Positions 28,440 to 40,944 of a DNA stretch of 64,000 bases are shown here, piece by piece. Where the stretch lies: NCBI GenBank assembly GCA_021163155.1, contig JAGGXI010000038.1, forward strand, positions 7,731-71,730, given 5' to 3'. Source of the stretch: Candidatus Aerophobota bacterium. Its GTDB lineage: Bacteria; Aerophobota; Aerophobia; Aerophobales; JAGGXI01. Numbering within the stretch: the first letter of the stretch is position 1; each line of letters starts with the position of its first letter. Position numbers and translations under genes: made by a program. The notes under the pieces were generated by a model, which saw only the letters and a list, made by a program, of their open reading frames with translations, made no database searches and was not told where the DNA came from.

Positions 28440-29717
28440 TTGCTGATACTGTTTTTCATAATATTTTTACTTGCCATAGTGATAGGTTTACCCGTAGCAT
28501 GGGCTCTGGGAGTAAGCGGTCTTATAGCTATGCCTCTTATGGACTTGCCTCTCAGTATAGTTCCTAGAAAAATTTTTATGGGTATGAACATATATGTACT
28601 GATGTGTATACCATTCTTCATCTTAACTGGAGAAATAATGGCTAGAGGAGGACTCACAAAGAGATTATTGAATTTTGCAGTTCTTCTAGTTGGTAGAATA
28701 AAAGGGGGCTTATCTTTAGCAAATGTTTTGGCAAGTATGCTATTTGGCGGAATTACGGGTTCGGCGGTTGCTGATGCAAGTGCATTGGGTTCTATAGAAA
28801 TACCTATGATGGTAGAGAATGGGTATGATGCAGATTTTTCTGCAGCGATTACTTCTGCTTCTGCATGTATAGGGCCTATAATTCCTCCGAGTATACCAGT
28901 AGTTATATATTCAATGGCAGTTGGTGGTGGAGTTTCAATAGGTGCTTTATTTGCAGCAGGTATAGTCCCTGGTATTTTGGTGGGAGTGGCTCTGATGTTA
29001 GCTTGCTATATAATTTCAAAAATAAGAGATTATCCAAGAAGAGAGCAAAGAGTAGCAATTAAAGATCTTTTAATTGGCTTTAAAGATGCATTTTTAGCAC
29101 TTATGACTCCCATTATTATTTTAGGTGGTGTAATAGGAGGTGTATTCTCACCTACAGAAGCCGGGGCAATAGCTGTTGTATATTCTTTTATCATTTCATT
29201 TTTTGTTTATCACGAATTAAAACTTTCTGATTTGCCAAGTTTGTTTTTACGAAGTGGTAGAACCTCTGCAATGGTAATGATCATAATTGGTACGTCCAGC
29301 ATCTTTGGGATGGTCATTGCGTATGGGCAAGTAGGATTAAAACTTGGAGAGTTTTTAAAACCAATGGGTTATTATGGTTTCATCCTGTCGGTAAATATTA
29401 TCTTACTTATTGTAGGTGGTTTCATGGATAATAATCCTGCCATAATAATTTTAGCTCCAATTTTTGCACCTATAGCAGCCAGGCTGGGAATAAATCCCAT
29501 TCATTTTGGTATTATTTTTGTCATGAATCTTATTATTGGTTTAATTACTCCTCCACTGGGGGAAGTTCTTTTTGTTGCTGCTCCACTTGCAGGCATATCA
29601 TTCGAAAAGGTTACAAAGGCAGTTTTGCCATTTATGATCATAGAAATTGGAGTTCTCTTGTTAGTAAGTTATATACCTTCTATTTCGCTATGGGCACCTA
29701 AAATACTTGGTTTTTAA
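28440..29717 (+). CDS. dctM: TRAP transporter large permease (DctM)
   Basis: The 425-aa multi-TM protein has a DctM-like N-terminus ('GLPVAWALG'). The start is a TTG. Confidence 0.85.
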   Translation: MLILFFIIFLLAIVIGLPVAWALGVSGLIAMPLMDLPLSIVPRKIFMGMNIYVLMCIPFFILTGEIMARGGLTKRLLNFAVLLVGRIKGGLSLANVLASMLFGGITGSAVADASALGSIEIPMMVENGYDADFSAAITSASACIGPIIPPSIPVVIYSMAVGGGVSIGALFAAGIVPGILVGVALMLACYIISKIRDYPRREQRVAIKDLLIGFKDAFLALMTPIIILGGVIGGVFSPTEAGAIAVVYSFIISFFVYHELKLSDLPSLFLRSGRTSAMVMIIIGTSSIFGMVIAYGQVGLKLGEFLKPMGYYGFILSVNIILLIVGGFMDNNPAIIILAPIFAPIAARLGINPIHFGIIFVMNLIIGLITPPLGEVLFVAAPLAGISFEKVTKAVLPFMIIEIGVLLLVSYIPSISLWAPKILGF

Positions 29718-29795
29718 TTAAAAATGTTATTTAGATTTACGGGGAAAAAATTATAAACAAAAACTTAAATTATATAAAGTAAATGGAGGAAAATT

Positions 29796-30653
29796 ATGGA
29801 AGTAAAAAATACCGTATGTCTTAACTCTACTGGTAAACTTAAACGTGTTCTACTATGTAAGCCAAAATATTACAAGCTTCTTCCCATTAGTGATGTAGCT
29901 AGGGATCTCGCTGATAAAGGAGTTGAGCAGAACAGGAATGAGGCATTAAAGATACACAAGGAGTTAGAAAATGTTTTTATTGATTTGGGCACTGATATTA
30001 GCTGGGTGGAACCAACTGAAGGATTTGGATGGCAAATATCAACTAGAGATACAGGGGTTAATACGCCCAAGGGAATGTTAATAGGGAGATTTCGTTATGC
30101 TGAGCGCAAAGGAGAAGAGATTTGCGTAAGGAAAACATATGAGAAGTTAGGAGAAAAAGTAGTAGGGCAAATTACCAGGGGTTGTGTAGAAGGAGGTGAT
30201 TGTTTTTTAATAAATGAAAACACACTAATTATAGGAAATGGTAATCGCAGTACCTATTCTGGATTTAAGAATGCAAAAGAGATTTTGAATCCCTATGGAA
30301 TACGAGTTTTTGTTGTTGAATTTCTTTCTAAGTGGAATCACTTAGACATGATTTTTTCACCTGTTGCTGAAAAATTAGCATTAGTTTGTGAAGATGCGGT
30401 CCCAGATTATCTAATTGGGCTTCTTGATGCACTTGGATGGGAGATTATAAGGCTTCCAGGTGAATATGCATTTAAGGGTGAGATTAACATGGCTGCTCTT
30501 GGAGATGGAAAAGTACTTTCATTTCGAGGAAACAGGATTAACAAGATGCTTAAAGCAAGAGGATTAGAGGTTTATGATCCAGAGTTTAGCTTTTTTGTGG
30601 CTGCTGGTATTGGACCGCATTGTGCGACTCTTGAGCTAGAAAGGGAGCCTTAA
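29796..30653 (+). CDS. pentein-superfamily guanidino/ureido hydrolase (DDAH/amidinotransferase/arginine-deiminase-like)
   Basis: The C-terminal catalytic Cys motif 'GIGPHCATLELE' is present. Length is 285 aa. Confidence 0.6.
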   Translation: MEVKNTVCLNSTGKLKRVLLCKPKYYKLLPISDVARDLADKGVEQNRNEALKIHKELENVFIDLGTDISWVEPTEGFGWQISTRDTGVNTPKGMLIGRFRYAERKGEEICVRKTYEKLGEKVVGQITRGCVEGGDCFLINENTLIIGNGNRSTYSGFKNAKEILNPYGIRVFVVEFLSKWNHLDMIFSPVAEKLALVCEDAVPDYLIGLLDALGWEIIRLPGEYAFKGEINMAALGDGKVLSFRGNRINKMLKARGLEVYDPEFSFFVAAGIGPHCATLELEREP

Positions 30654-30732
30654 ATTTGGTTTCATAATTGTTCTGATATATTTCTATAACCTCAATATAA
30701 AATTTGAAATTAAAGATTGAGAGGTATTTAGT

Positions 30733-31746
30733 ATGGAAAGAAAGGAAATTTCGAATTTAAATAATTTAATTTGGTTGTTAGATGATGTTTTTGATTCACA
30801 TTTAATAGAAAAGATAAGGGAGATTTTAAATAAACATGGTTACAATTTGATTACTACGAGGGGTAACAATTTTGAGCATGATTACACTAAATATGCTAAG
30901 AGTGTAAAAGGTATTTTACTACAGGTTGGTTTTCCATTAGGTGAAGAGGCCATAAAAGGACTAAAATCTTGTAAGATTATAGCGGTTACCGGTATAGGTA
31001 TTGATGATCTTGATATAAATGCAGCTACAAAATATAGGGTTGTTGTTACTAATGTGCCTGTTTTTTGTGTTGATGAAGTTTCTGATCATGCTTTAGCTCT
31101 AATTTTAGCACTTAATAGGCGATTACCAGATTGTCAAAATATGACTAAAAGTGGTTTATGGGACGCTGTTAATCTTAAATCCATAAGAAGACTCAAAGGC
31201 CAGGTTCTTGGAATAATTGGATTTGGTAAAATTGGAAAATTAGTTGCTAAAAAGGCAAAATGTTTTGGTTTACAAGTTAAAGTATATGATCCATATATAT
31301 CTAAATCAGAAGTTAACAGCTTAAAAATCAAAGATGTAGGGTTTGATGAATTAATAAGCACTGCTGATTACATCTCTTTACATTTACCTCTAAATAAAGA
31401 AACATATCATATGATAAATTCAAAGTTTTTTAACTCTATGAAAAAAACAGCTTATCTAATAAATGTTTCTAGAGGGGAAATAATAGATGAATCTGCATTG
31501 ATAAATGCATTGAAAACAGAAAGAATTGCAGGAGCTAGTCTGGATGTTTTATCTCATGAACCTCCTGAAATAACTAATCCATTACTATCAATGAAAAATG
31601 TTATAGTTACTCCTCATTCAGCGTTTATTTCTGAAGATTCATTGAAGAATCTCATAGAGATTTCCACAAAATCTATTATTGACTTTTTTGAAGGGAAGAA
31701 ACCTGAAAATATTATTAATCCTCAGGTTTTAAAAAATTATAGATGA
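30733..31746 (+). CDS. D-isomer-specific 2-hydroxyacid dehydrogenase (glycerate/hydroxypyruvate reductase-like)
   Basis: The NAD-binding motif 'GIIGFGKIGKLVAKKA' is present, with a catalytic His near the C-terminus. Confidence 0.85.
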   Translation: MERKEISNLNNLIWLLDDVFDSHLIEKIREILNKHGYNLITTRGNNFEHDYTKYAKSVKGILLQVGFPLGEEAIKGLKSCKIIAVTGIGIDDLDINAATKYRVVVTNVPVFCVDEVSDHALALILALNRRLPDCQNMTKSGLWDAVNLKSIRRLKGQVLGIIGFGKIGKLVAKKAKCFGLQVKVYDPYISKSEVNSLKIKDVGFDELISTADYISLHLPLNKETYHMINSKFFNSMKKTAYLINVSRGEIIDESALINALKTERIAGASLDVLSHEPPEITNPLLSMKNVIVTPHSAFISEDSLKNLIEISTKSIIDFFEGKKPENIINPQVLKNYR

Positions 31747-31872
31747 ACCCAGATTCGGCAAACTGTTAGAGCGCTTAGTCTGAGTAGAGGAGGCCAATAA
31801 ATTTCTTCCGCTCCCTTGAGGTGAGGATTGTGTTTTAGCTAATATTATTCAAATTGCTGAATCCAGGTTTAA
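31746..31872. repeat. family-A REP-like element downstream of the dehydrogenase
   Basis: 'cccagattcggcaaactgttagagcgcttagtctg...ggccaataaa...ttagctaatattattcaaattgctgaatccaggttt'. Confidence 0.75.
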
Positions 31873-31913
31873 GAATTTACCCGGCATTTAGAGATAAATC
31901 AAAGTAGTCAAAT

Positions 31914-32213
31914 TTAAAATGAAGACGTGTTATGTTCTCCGAGTTTAGTTAATTTATCTATTAATTTTCTTAACTTTTTAGGAAATGCTTTTATAAACTT
32001 CTCTGCTTTCCGGGTAGCTACTGCTCCCTGTAGGGATGGCTTAATTAAATCTTGCTCTTCTAAAATTCTCAAAGAGTATCTAACTTTATGTTGTGGACAA
32101 CCACTCAATTCGGATAACTTTATAATGCCAATAGGACTATTCTCAATAACAAATTTTAAAATGGTAATATGTCTTCCTAATAATTCTACTTCCTCATTAA
32201 GTTTACTTAACAT
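31914..32213 (-). CDS. small winged-helix DNA-binding protein (MarR/TrmB-like)
   Basis: The 99-aa product has an HTH-like 'LSELSGCPQHKVRYSLRILEEQDLI'. Confidence 0.45.
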   Translation of the reverse strand: MLSKLNEEVELLGRHITILKFVIENSPIGIIKLSELSGCPQHKVRYSLRILEEQDLIKPSLQGAVATRKAEKFIKAFPKKLRKLIDKLTKLGEHNTSSF

Positions 32214-32306
32214 TGCTTATCCCCCCTTCCATCAAAGTTAATTGAGGTTAATAATATCCCCTGCCCTCCTACTAATAAAATATTGGTTACTTTATTTATT
32301 ATAGTT

Positions 32307-32395
32307 CAACCCAGATAAGGTAATCGGGAGGTTAAAACCTCCCTTACCCAGGTCCGTCAACTTAACACTACTGAATCTGAGTTCGATTTTCCTAA
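32307..32395. repeat. family-A REP-like element (variant core GGGAGGTTAAAACCTCCC)
   Basis: 'cccagataaggtaatcgggaggttaaaacctcccttacccagg'. A further partial palindrome 'aggctttagcctc' lies at 32452. Confidence 0.65.
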
Positions 32396-32506
32396 TTGAT
32401 AGTCGCAAGACTCAGAACCTTTAAATAGTCTATAGCTATGGCTGAATCATCGCAGGCTTTAGCCTCTCACATCTCACGTTTCACCTCTTACGCATCACTT
32501 TTTTAT

Positions 32507-33079
32507 TTACCCTTTTAATCCTTTAATCCTATTCTTACGCAACCTAAAGGAGTTTAGCTGTTGGATATAAATCTCTCGTATATGCTCAAAAATCTCAAGA
32601 TATTCAGGGCTTCTATAGTCGGGGTAGGTCCATTCCCATGGAGCAAATCCCTTTTTTCTTCTGTATCTGAGGGTAACCTCAGCATAAATTCCTTTGCCAA
32701 GATAAAGACGGTGTTGATAATTCTTTGTTGTAGCCATAACTACCTTAGCAAGGGTGAGATAACCAGGGTCAAGGTTTAAATGGCGAGTATGAGAATAGGG
32801 ATAAAAAAATTTTTTCTCAAGTTCATTAGTGAATAATTTAGCTTCTATAATTTCTTCGGGACTAATTAATCTTTTAAAGCTGATAAATTTTCTCTTTAAC
32901 TTTTCACCCATCTCCTTTTTGTAGTAGGGGGTAAAATTAAAAAGCAAAACAGAACTCTTAAAATCGATGGGGCCGAATTTCTGACTCATCATATCCTCTG
33001 CTTGAGAAAATAAATCTTTTTCACTGGAAAGCATACCTACAATTAACTTCACTGAAATAGGTTGTTTGACTTTTCCCAC
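32507..33079 (-). CDS. conserved hypothetical protein (possibly DUF4416-like)
   Basis: The product is 190 aa. No catalytic motif was recognised. Confidence 0.4.
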   Translation of the reverse strand: MGKVKQPISVKLIVGMLSSEKDLFSQAEDMMSQKFGPIDFKSSVLLFNFTPYYKKEMGEKLKRKFISFKRLISPEEIIEAKLFTNELEKKFFYPYSHTRHLNLDPGYLTLAKVVMATTKNYQHRLYLGKGIYAEVTLRYRRKKGFAPWEWTYPDYRSPEYLEIFEHIREIYIQQLNSFRLRKNRIKGLKG

Positions 33080-33092
33080 AACTTACTTCCCA

Positions 33093-34091
33093 CTATTTTA
33101 TTACTAAAATTAAAAAATATCCTCCAATAGCAAGAGTCACTATCATCGCTATAGCATCATAACCCAATTTTAAAAAAGACTTGCGAGATCTATAAATCAA
33201 CCCTACTATTACTATAGCAGTGAGAATTATACCCAGGATAGCGGTAATTAAATGATTAATAGAGATATATCCTAAGAGTTCACCCTTCCGAAAGAAAAGG
33301 TCACACACAGGGATAATCATCATATCAAGAAAATTTGCTCCTAAGATATTTCCTATGGACATATCAAGAGAAAACTTAAGACTGCTTATGGAAATCACTA
33401 ATTCCGGTAGAGAAGTAGCCACAGCAAGAAAACTTGTCCCCACCAATGTCTCACTTAAACTCATTACCTTTGCTATATCTTCTCCAATTGTAGAGAGCCA
33501 TATTCCCAAAAAAACAATAGCAATAAAGCATAAGGAAAACTTTATAATTAGAGGAGCTAATCTATTTCTTTCTTCTTTTTTTCCAAAAGAAGAAATCTTT
33601 TTGTTTCTTTTATCATACTGGAATACAAGTATCAACCCTATAATGTAGATAAGGAGAATAATGAGGCTATCCAACCCAAATCCAAAAATACCTAATTTAA
33701 TATTTGACTGAAATCTAATAAGGATAAAGAATGAAATAATTCCAAGGGAAATTATGCATAAACCACTGGGGAGAATATGGTTTATCTCCACTCCCTTTAA
33801 TAAAGGGCCTTTACCCTGAATTAAATCTAAGAGGGCTATAATCATTAAATTTGCAACAATGGAACCAAAAATATTACCTACAGCTAAATTAGGAGAGCCA
33901 ACAACAGTTATTGAACTAACACTGGTAACAAACTCAGGAAGGGTGGTAGCTAAGGCTAAAAAGAAAAAACCCATTAAACCTCTTGTAATATTAGTCTTTG
34001 CACAGATGGCGTCCGCATATAAAGATAATCTATACCCTACAAAAAGAATGAGCAAAGCACAAATAAAAAATTTTAACCAGATAAATATCAA
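33093..34091 (-). CDS. Na+/Ca2+ exchanger family (CaCA/YrbG-like) membrane protein
   Basis: Two alpha-repeat motifs 'GNIFGSIVANL' and 'GNILGANFLDM' are present in a 332-aa product. Confidence 0.8.
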   Translation of the reverse strand: MIFIWLKFFICALLILFVGYRLSLYADAICAKTNITRGLMGFFFLALATTLPEFVTSVSSITVVGSPNLAVGNIFGSIVANLMIIALLDLIQGKGPLLKGVEINHILPSGLCIISLGIISFFILIRFQSNIKLGIFGFGLDSLIILLIYIIGLILVFQYDKRNKKISSFGKKEERNRLAPLIIKFSLCFIAIVFLGIWLSTIGEDIAKVMSLSETLVGTSFLAVATSLPELVISISSLKFSLDMSIGNILGANFLDMMIIPVCDLFFRKGELLGYISINHLITAILGIILTAIVIVGLIYRSRKSFLKLGYDAIAMIVTLAIGGYFLILVIK

Positions 34092-34100
34092 TCTATTTCC

Positions 34101-35024
34101 TTAATTTATGTTAATGGTTCCTATTAACTCCCTAAAATTGCCAATCCCTTTTTTATTTAAGTACTCTCTAATCCCCTCCTTCACCTTGAAGGGAGTTTGA
34201 GGGTCCACAAAATTTGCTGTTCCTATAGCTATTGCACTTGCCCCGGCAAGGATAAATTCTAAAGCATCTTCTGTACTCATAATTCCCCCCATTCCAATTA
34301 TAGGTAAACCTACTTTTTGAAATACTTGCCAAACCATCCTTACAGCAACAGGCTTTATCGCTGGCCCAGAAAGCCCTCCGGTAATATTACCTAATTTTGG
34401 TTTTCTTGTCTCTACATCAATAGCCATACCCCATAATGTATTTATCAAGGATAAAGCATCTGCTCCTCCTTCTTTGGCGGCCTGAGCAATTTCTACAATA
34501 TCAGTTACATTAGGAGTAAGTTTAACTATAAGAGGAAAATCAACAACATTTTTTAAGCCCTTAACCAAAGAAAAGACTAATTTTGGTTTGGTGCCTAAAA
34601 TAAACCCCCCTTTTAGGACATTAGGGCAGGATATATTAACCTCTAAGCCATCAATCCCTTCTAAGTGACTTAATCTTTGCCCAAGATGGAAATAATCCTC
34701 CTCATCTTCTCCACCAATACTTACAATTATCCTTGTATTTAGTTTTTGCAAAAAGGGGAATTTTGTCTTTATAAATACTTCTACGCCGGGATTTTCTAAT
34801 CCAATAGCATTTAAAAGGCCGCAAGGGGTTTCTGCCAGGCGAGGAGGCAAATTTCCTTCTCTTGGTTCCATGGTTACCGTCTTAGTTACTATACCCCCTA
34901 ATTCATTAATATCTATTAACTGAGAATACTCTTCTCCAAAACCAAATGTCCCTCCAGCAACCAAAACAGGATTTCCAAAATTAATCCCCCCAATTTCGAT
35001 TCTTAAACTTTCATCCTCTTTCAC
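34101..35024 (-). CDS. pyrD: dihydroorotate dehydrogenase catalytic subunit-like (class 1 DHOD / dihydropyrimidine dehydrogenase-like TIM barrel)
   Basis: 'NISCPN' and 'GLENPG' motifs are present in a 307-aa product. The gene is translationally coupled to the upstream rnfB-like gene. Confidence 0.75.
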   Translation of the reverse strand: MKEDESLRIEIGGINFGNPVLVAGGTFGFGEEYSQLIDINELGGIVTKTVTMEPREGNLPPRLAETPCGLLNAIGLENPGVEVFIKTKFPFLQKLNTRIIVSIGGEDEEDYFHLGQRLSHLEGIDGLEVNISCPNVLKGGFILGTKPKLVFSLVKGLKNVVDFPLIVKLTPNVTDIVEIAQAAKEGGADALSLINTLWGMAIDVETRKPKLGNITGGLSGPAIKPVAVRMVWQVFQKVGLPIIGMGGIMSTEDALEFILAGASAIAIGTANFVDPQTPFKVKEGIREYLNKKGIGNFRELIGTININ

Positions 35025-35827
35025 TCATTCATTCCTATTTCTACTATTACATCTCGGGGACATTTTTGGGCACATACACCACAACCCTGGCAATTTCTCT
35101 CATCTATATAAGGAAGCCCATTTATCATATGGCAAGCATCGAAAGGACAAATTCTTTCACAAATCCCACAGCCTATACAAGATTTTAGACAAATCTCCCG
35201 TGCCTTCTTCCCTTTATCCAAAGAAGCACAAGCTATTTTATATTGAACATCTCTATTTAGAATTTCTAAGGAGATTAAATTTCTCGGACAAGCTTTTACA
35301 CAACTTCCGCATCCAGTACATTTAACAATATCAATCTCTGGCAAGCCTTTCACCATAGTGATAGCATCAAAAAGGCAAGCATCTTCGCAATCTCCATAGC
35401 CAAGACAACCATAACAGCATGCTAAATCCGCTCCTAAAATCATATCTGCTGCACTACATTTTTTGATACCTTCATAATCTGCCTTTTTCATCTTTTCGCC
35501 ATTATGGGCTCTACAATGAACAAAAGCTATTTTTTTCTCTGTTGATTTTAGCTCTACTCCCATTATTTTAGCTATTCCCTGAGCAATACTTTCCCCTCCA
35601 ACTACGCAGGCATTAATAGAAGCATTCCCCTTAACAATCTCTTCCGCATAATTACGGCAACTCGCATGTCCACAACCACCACAATTAGCTCCAGGGAGAG
35701 CTTCCAAAATTTTCTCTATCTTAGGGTCCTCCTCAATCTTAAATTTTACATTAGCAATAGATAAAATAAAAGCAAAAAGAGCTCCTAAACCTCCCATTGT
35801 AGCAACAGAAATTAAAATTAAATTCAT
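35021..35827 (-). CDS. rnfB: RnfB-like iron-sulfur protein (N-terminal TM helix plus multiple 4Fe-4S motifs)
   Basis: A TM N-terminus is followed by 'CGGCGHASC' and four ferredoxin-type CxxCxxCxxxCP motifs. Confidence 0.65.
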   Translation of the reverse strand: MNLILISVATMGGLGALFAFILSIANVKFKIEEDPKIEKILEALPGANCGGCGHASCRNYAEEIVKGNASINACVVGGESIAQGIAKIMGVELKSTEKKIAFVHCRAHNGEKMKKADYEGIKKCSAADMILGADLACCYGCLGYGDCEDACLFDAITMVKGLPEIDIVKCTGCGSCVKACPRNLISLEILNRDVQYKIACASLDKGKKAREICLKSCIGCGICERICPFDACHMINGLPYIDERNCQGCGVCAQKCPRDVIVEIGMNE

Positions 35828-35847
35828 TTTTTCTCCCCAACTTTATA

Positions 35848-38021
<2,174 letters not shown>

Positions 38022-38177
38022 TTACCTGTTTTCCCAATTTTCTCACTCCGCCAGTGTAAAATTATCTCATGGTTCATAGCAAATTCAAAACAAAGTTTAA
38101 ATTACCTCATCGTTTATGTGGAAGCAAAATCTTGTATCCGCTGTTAGACAAAACAGTAATATCATTATCTTTTCATT

Positions 38178-38495
38178 TTATTTATTGAAGTATTCTCTTT
38201 GTATTACAGCCTGGGAAATTTTACTGCTAGGGCCATCTCCTCTGGCAACATTAACAGATACTTTGCCCTCTAGTGCCTGAAATATCTCTGATACATCACT
38301 ATGTGTAAAGCCAGGACAAAGTATAATTGCATCTATTTTCTCTTTTTCATAGATACTTTTAGAAACTTTTATTGCTTCGTCTTGAGTCTTCACAACAAAT
38401 GTTAAAAGTCTATACTTCCCTGTATCAATAATACTTTTATGTTTTTCATAATCTGCATCAGGTGCATGTGCTAGAAATAACGCCTTAAAAGCCAT
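38178..38495 (-). CDS. hypothetical protein
   Basis: The product is 105 aa with no recognised motif. Confidence 0.35.
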   Translation of the reverse strand: MAFKALFLAHAPDADYEKHKSIIDTGKYRLLTFVVKTQDEAIKVSKSIYEKEKIDAIILCPGFTHSDVSEIFQALEGKVSVNVARGDGPSSKISQAVIQREYFNK

Positions 38496-38523
38496 AATTT
38501 ACCCCCTTTTTTATTTTGAATTT

Positions 38524-38628
38524 CAACCTGCATTCGGTAAACTGTTAGAGTAATTAGGCTGGGTAGGGAAGGCCAATAAACCTCTTTTCCTCATTTACTC
38601 ATCCACCCATTTACCCATCTGCCCAGAG
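38524..38628. repeat. family-A REP-like element between the hypothetical gene and ispG
   Basis: 'cattcggtaaactgttagagtaattaggctgggtagggaaggccaataaacctc...cacccatttacccatctgccc'. Confidence 0.7.
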
Positions 38629-38634
38629 TTAATT

Positions 38635-39699
38635 CTAATAATTTCTTATACAATCAAGTAAAACTTTAGCTACCTCTTTTTCCTTAATTTTTCTTACTAC
38701 CTTCCCCTTTTTAAAAAGAATAGCTTCTCTTTTTCCGCAAACTACCCCTATATCTGCTCTCTTAGCTTCTGCAGGACCGTTAACTTCGCAACCCATAATA
38801 GCCACTTTTAAAGGAATCTTAATATCCTCAATTCCTAAAAGAACATCATTAACAATAGAAAACATATCTACTTTGCATCTTCCACAGGTAGGACAGGAGA
38901 TTAGAAGAGGAGTTTCTTTATATAAATTAAGACAATGTAAAATTTCGTAAGCTATCCTCACTTCCTCTACAGGGTCTGCAGTTAAAGAGACTCTAATAGT
39001 ATCCCCGATTCCTTGAGCAAGAAGAGTCCCAATCCCTATAGATGCCTTCACTACGCCCTGTGGAGGAGGACCCGCAGCAGTTACCCCTAAATGAAGAGGA
39101 TAAATGGTCTTCTTCGCAATAAGTTGATAAGAAAAAATACTGGCAAAAACATCGTGAGATTTCAGGGAAATAATAATGTTTAAAAAACCATTTTCCTCTA
39201 ACAATCTCACGGTTTCCAGTGCACTTTCTACCATAGCTTTAGCTATTATTTGAGGATTATTTCCCTGAGTTTTAATTTTCTGATCTAATTTTTTTTGCAA
39301 AGAACCTTCATTAACTCCTACCCGTAAAGGCATCCCTTCCTTTTCCGCTCTATCTGCTATAGATAATATCTCTTTTTTACTTATATTTCCCGGATTAATC
39401 CTTACCTTATCAATTCCTCTTTCTATAGCTTCCAAAGCTAATTTATAATTAAAATGAATATCAGCTATTAAAGGGACTTCTACTTTATCCTTAATTTGAG
39501 ATATAGCTTTAGCTGCTCTTGCCGTGGGGACAGCCACTCTTACCATCTTAGCTCCTGCTCTCTCAAGTTGCTGAATCTGTTTCACAGTAGCTGTTACATC
39601 CTCTGTATCTGTCTTAGTCATCCCTTGCACTACTATTGGATTACCAGCGCCGATATTTACCTTCCCCACCTTAATTAACTTACTTTTTCTCTTTTCCAT
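38635..39699 (-). CDS. ispG: 4-hydroxy-3-methylbut-2-en-1-yl diphosphate synthase (GcpE)
   Basis: The 354-aa product has a C-terminal 'CPTCGRC' 4Fe-4S motif. Confidence 0.9.
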   Translation of the reverse strand: MEKRKSKLIKVGKVNIGAGNPIVVQGMTKTDTEDVTATVKQIQQLERAGAKMVRVAVPTARAAKAISQIKDKVEVPLIADIHFNYKLALEAIERGIDKVRINPGNISKKEILSIADRAEKEGMPLRVGVNEGSLQKKLDQKIKTQGNNPQIIAKAMVESALETVRLLEENGFLNIIISLKSHDVFASIFSYQLIAKKTIYPLHLGVTAAGPPPQGVVKASIGIGTLLAQGIGDTIRVSLTADPVEEVRIAYEILHCLNLYKETPLLISCPTCGRCKVDMFSIVNDVLLGIEDIKIPLKVAIMGCEVNGPAEAKRADIGVVCGKREAILFKKGKVVRKIKEKEVAKVLLDCIRNY

Positions 39700-39767
39700 T
39701 CCTCTTTAATCATTATAAAAATAAGATAGAATGAGGCCAGGTCTTATAGCCTGGCCCACTCTTAAGG

Positions 39768-39953
39768 TTACTCTTCTTCTAAGGTGATAGCCTCCGAAGG
39801 ACAAGATTCTACACAAATGCCACATTCATCACAGTCATCAGGCCTAACCAAAGTAGCCACATCATCCACTAATTCGAGACAATTATTTGGACACTCATCA
39901 ACGCAAATCTCGCATCCTGTGCATACACTCTCATCAATAATAGGTTTCCCCAT
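39768..39953 (-). CDS. 2x[4Fe-4S] ferredoxin
   Basis: 'CTGCEICVDECP' and 'CDECGICVESCP'. Length is 61 aa. Confidence 0.7.
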   Translation of the reverse strand: MGKPIIDESVCTGCEICVDECPNNCLELVDDVATLVRPDDCDECGICVESCPSEAITLEEE

Positions 39954-39992
39954 TACCCACCTCCTATTGTAATATTTATATTTTTGCTTTCT

Positions 39993-40829
39993 TTAAAAGA
40001 AAGCAAAATCAAGAATCTCCATTAATATTGGCCTAATCTTTTTTCTTTCCACTATTAAATCGATCATCCCATGTTTCAATAAAGATTCTGATTTTTGAAA
40101 TCCATGAGGAATCTGTTGTTTGATGGTCTGTTTTATAACACGGGGACCAGCGAATCCTAAAAGAGCTCCAGGCTCTGCCAGAATAATGTCTCCTTGACCA
40201 GCAAAGCTTGCCATTACTCCTCCCATTGTAGGATGAGTAAGAAGAGAGATATAAAGCAATCCTTCACTTTTGAATCTAGCTATAGCGGCACTTGTCTTTG
40301 CCATTTGCATTAAGGAAAATAATCCCTCCTGCATTCTCGCTCCCCCTCCCGAACCAGAAATAATTAGAAGAGGATATCTTTTCTCCATAGCCTTCTCTAT
40401 AGAGAGGGTTACTCTCTCCCCCATCACTGACCCCATACTTCCCCCCATAAAGTTAAAATCGGTAACTACAACTGTTATTGCCCGACCGCCGATTTCCCCT
40501 TCTCCAGCTATAAGAGCCTCATCTAAACCTGTCCTTTCTCTACTTTTCTTTAACTTTTCTACATATTGAGGAAAGTTGAGAGGATCATCTGAATTCATCT
40601 GAAAATCATATTCTATAAAACTATTTTTATCTAAGATAATTTTTAGCCTCTCTTTAGCTCCTATACAAAAATGATAACCACATTTAGGGCAAACCTTCAT
40701 ATTGTTCTTTAAATTTTTGTTATAAATAATCTGGTGGCAATTATCACATTTAGTCCATAAACCATCAGGAATATCTATCTTTTTCTTACCTTTCTTTATT
40801 TTATTATAGGTACTTTCAAACCAGCCCAT
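39993..40829 (-). CDS. accD: acetyl-CoA carboxylase carboxyltransferase beta subunit
   Basis: An N-terminal Zn-ribbon 'CDNCHQ...CPKCGYH' is followed by a carboxyltransferase domain. Confidence 0.85.
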   Translation of the reverse strand: MGWFESTYNKIKKGKKKIDIPDGLWTKCDNCHQIIYNKNLKNNMKVCPKCGYHFCIGAKERLKIILDKNSFIEYDFQMNSDDPLNFPQYVEKLKKSRERTGLDEALIAGEGEIGGRAITVVVTDFNFMGGSMGSVMGERVTLSIEKAMEKRYPLLIISGSGGGARMQEGLFSLMQMAKTSAAIARFKSEGLLYISLLTHPTMGGVMASFAGQGDIILAEPGALLGFAGPRVIKQTIKQQIPHGFQKSESLLKHGMIDLIVERKKIRPILMEILDFAFF

Positions 40830-40944
40830 AATATTATACTCCCAAACTATTAAATTTTAGATCCTAAAAAATATCTAATTGAGGTGATCTAAAAACTTCT
40901 TTCACTCTATTTTTAACCTACTTCAACCCCCAAAATTTTAGACA

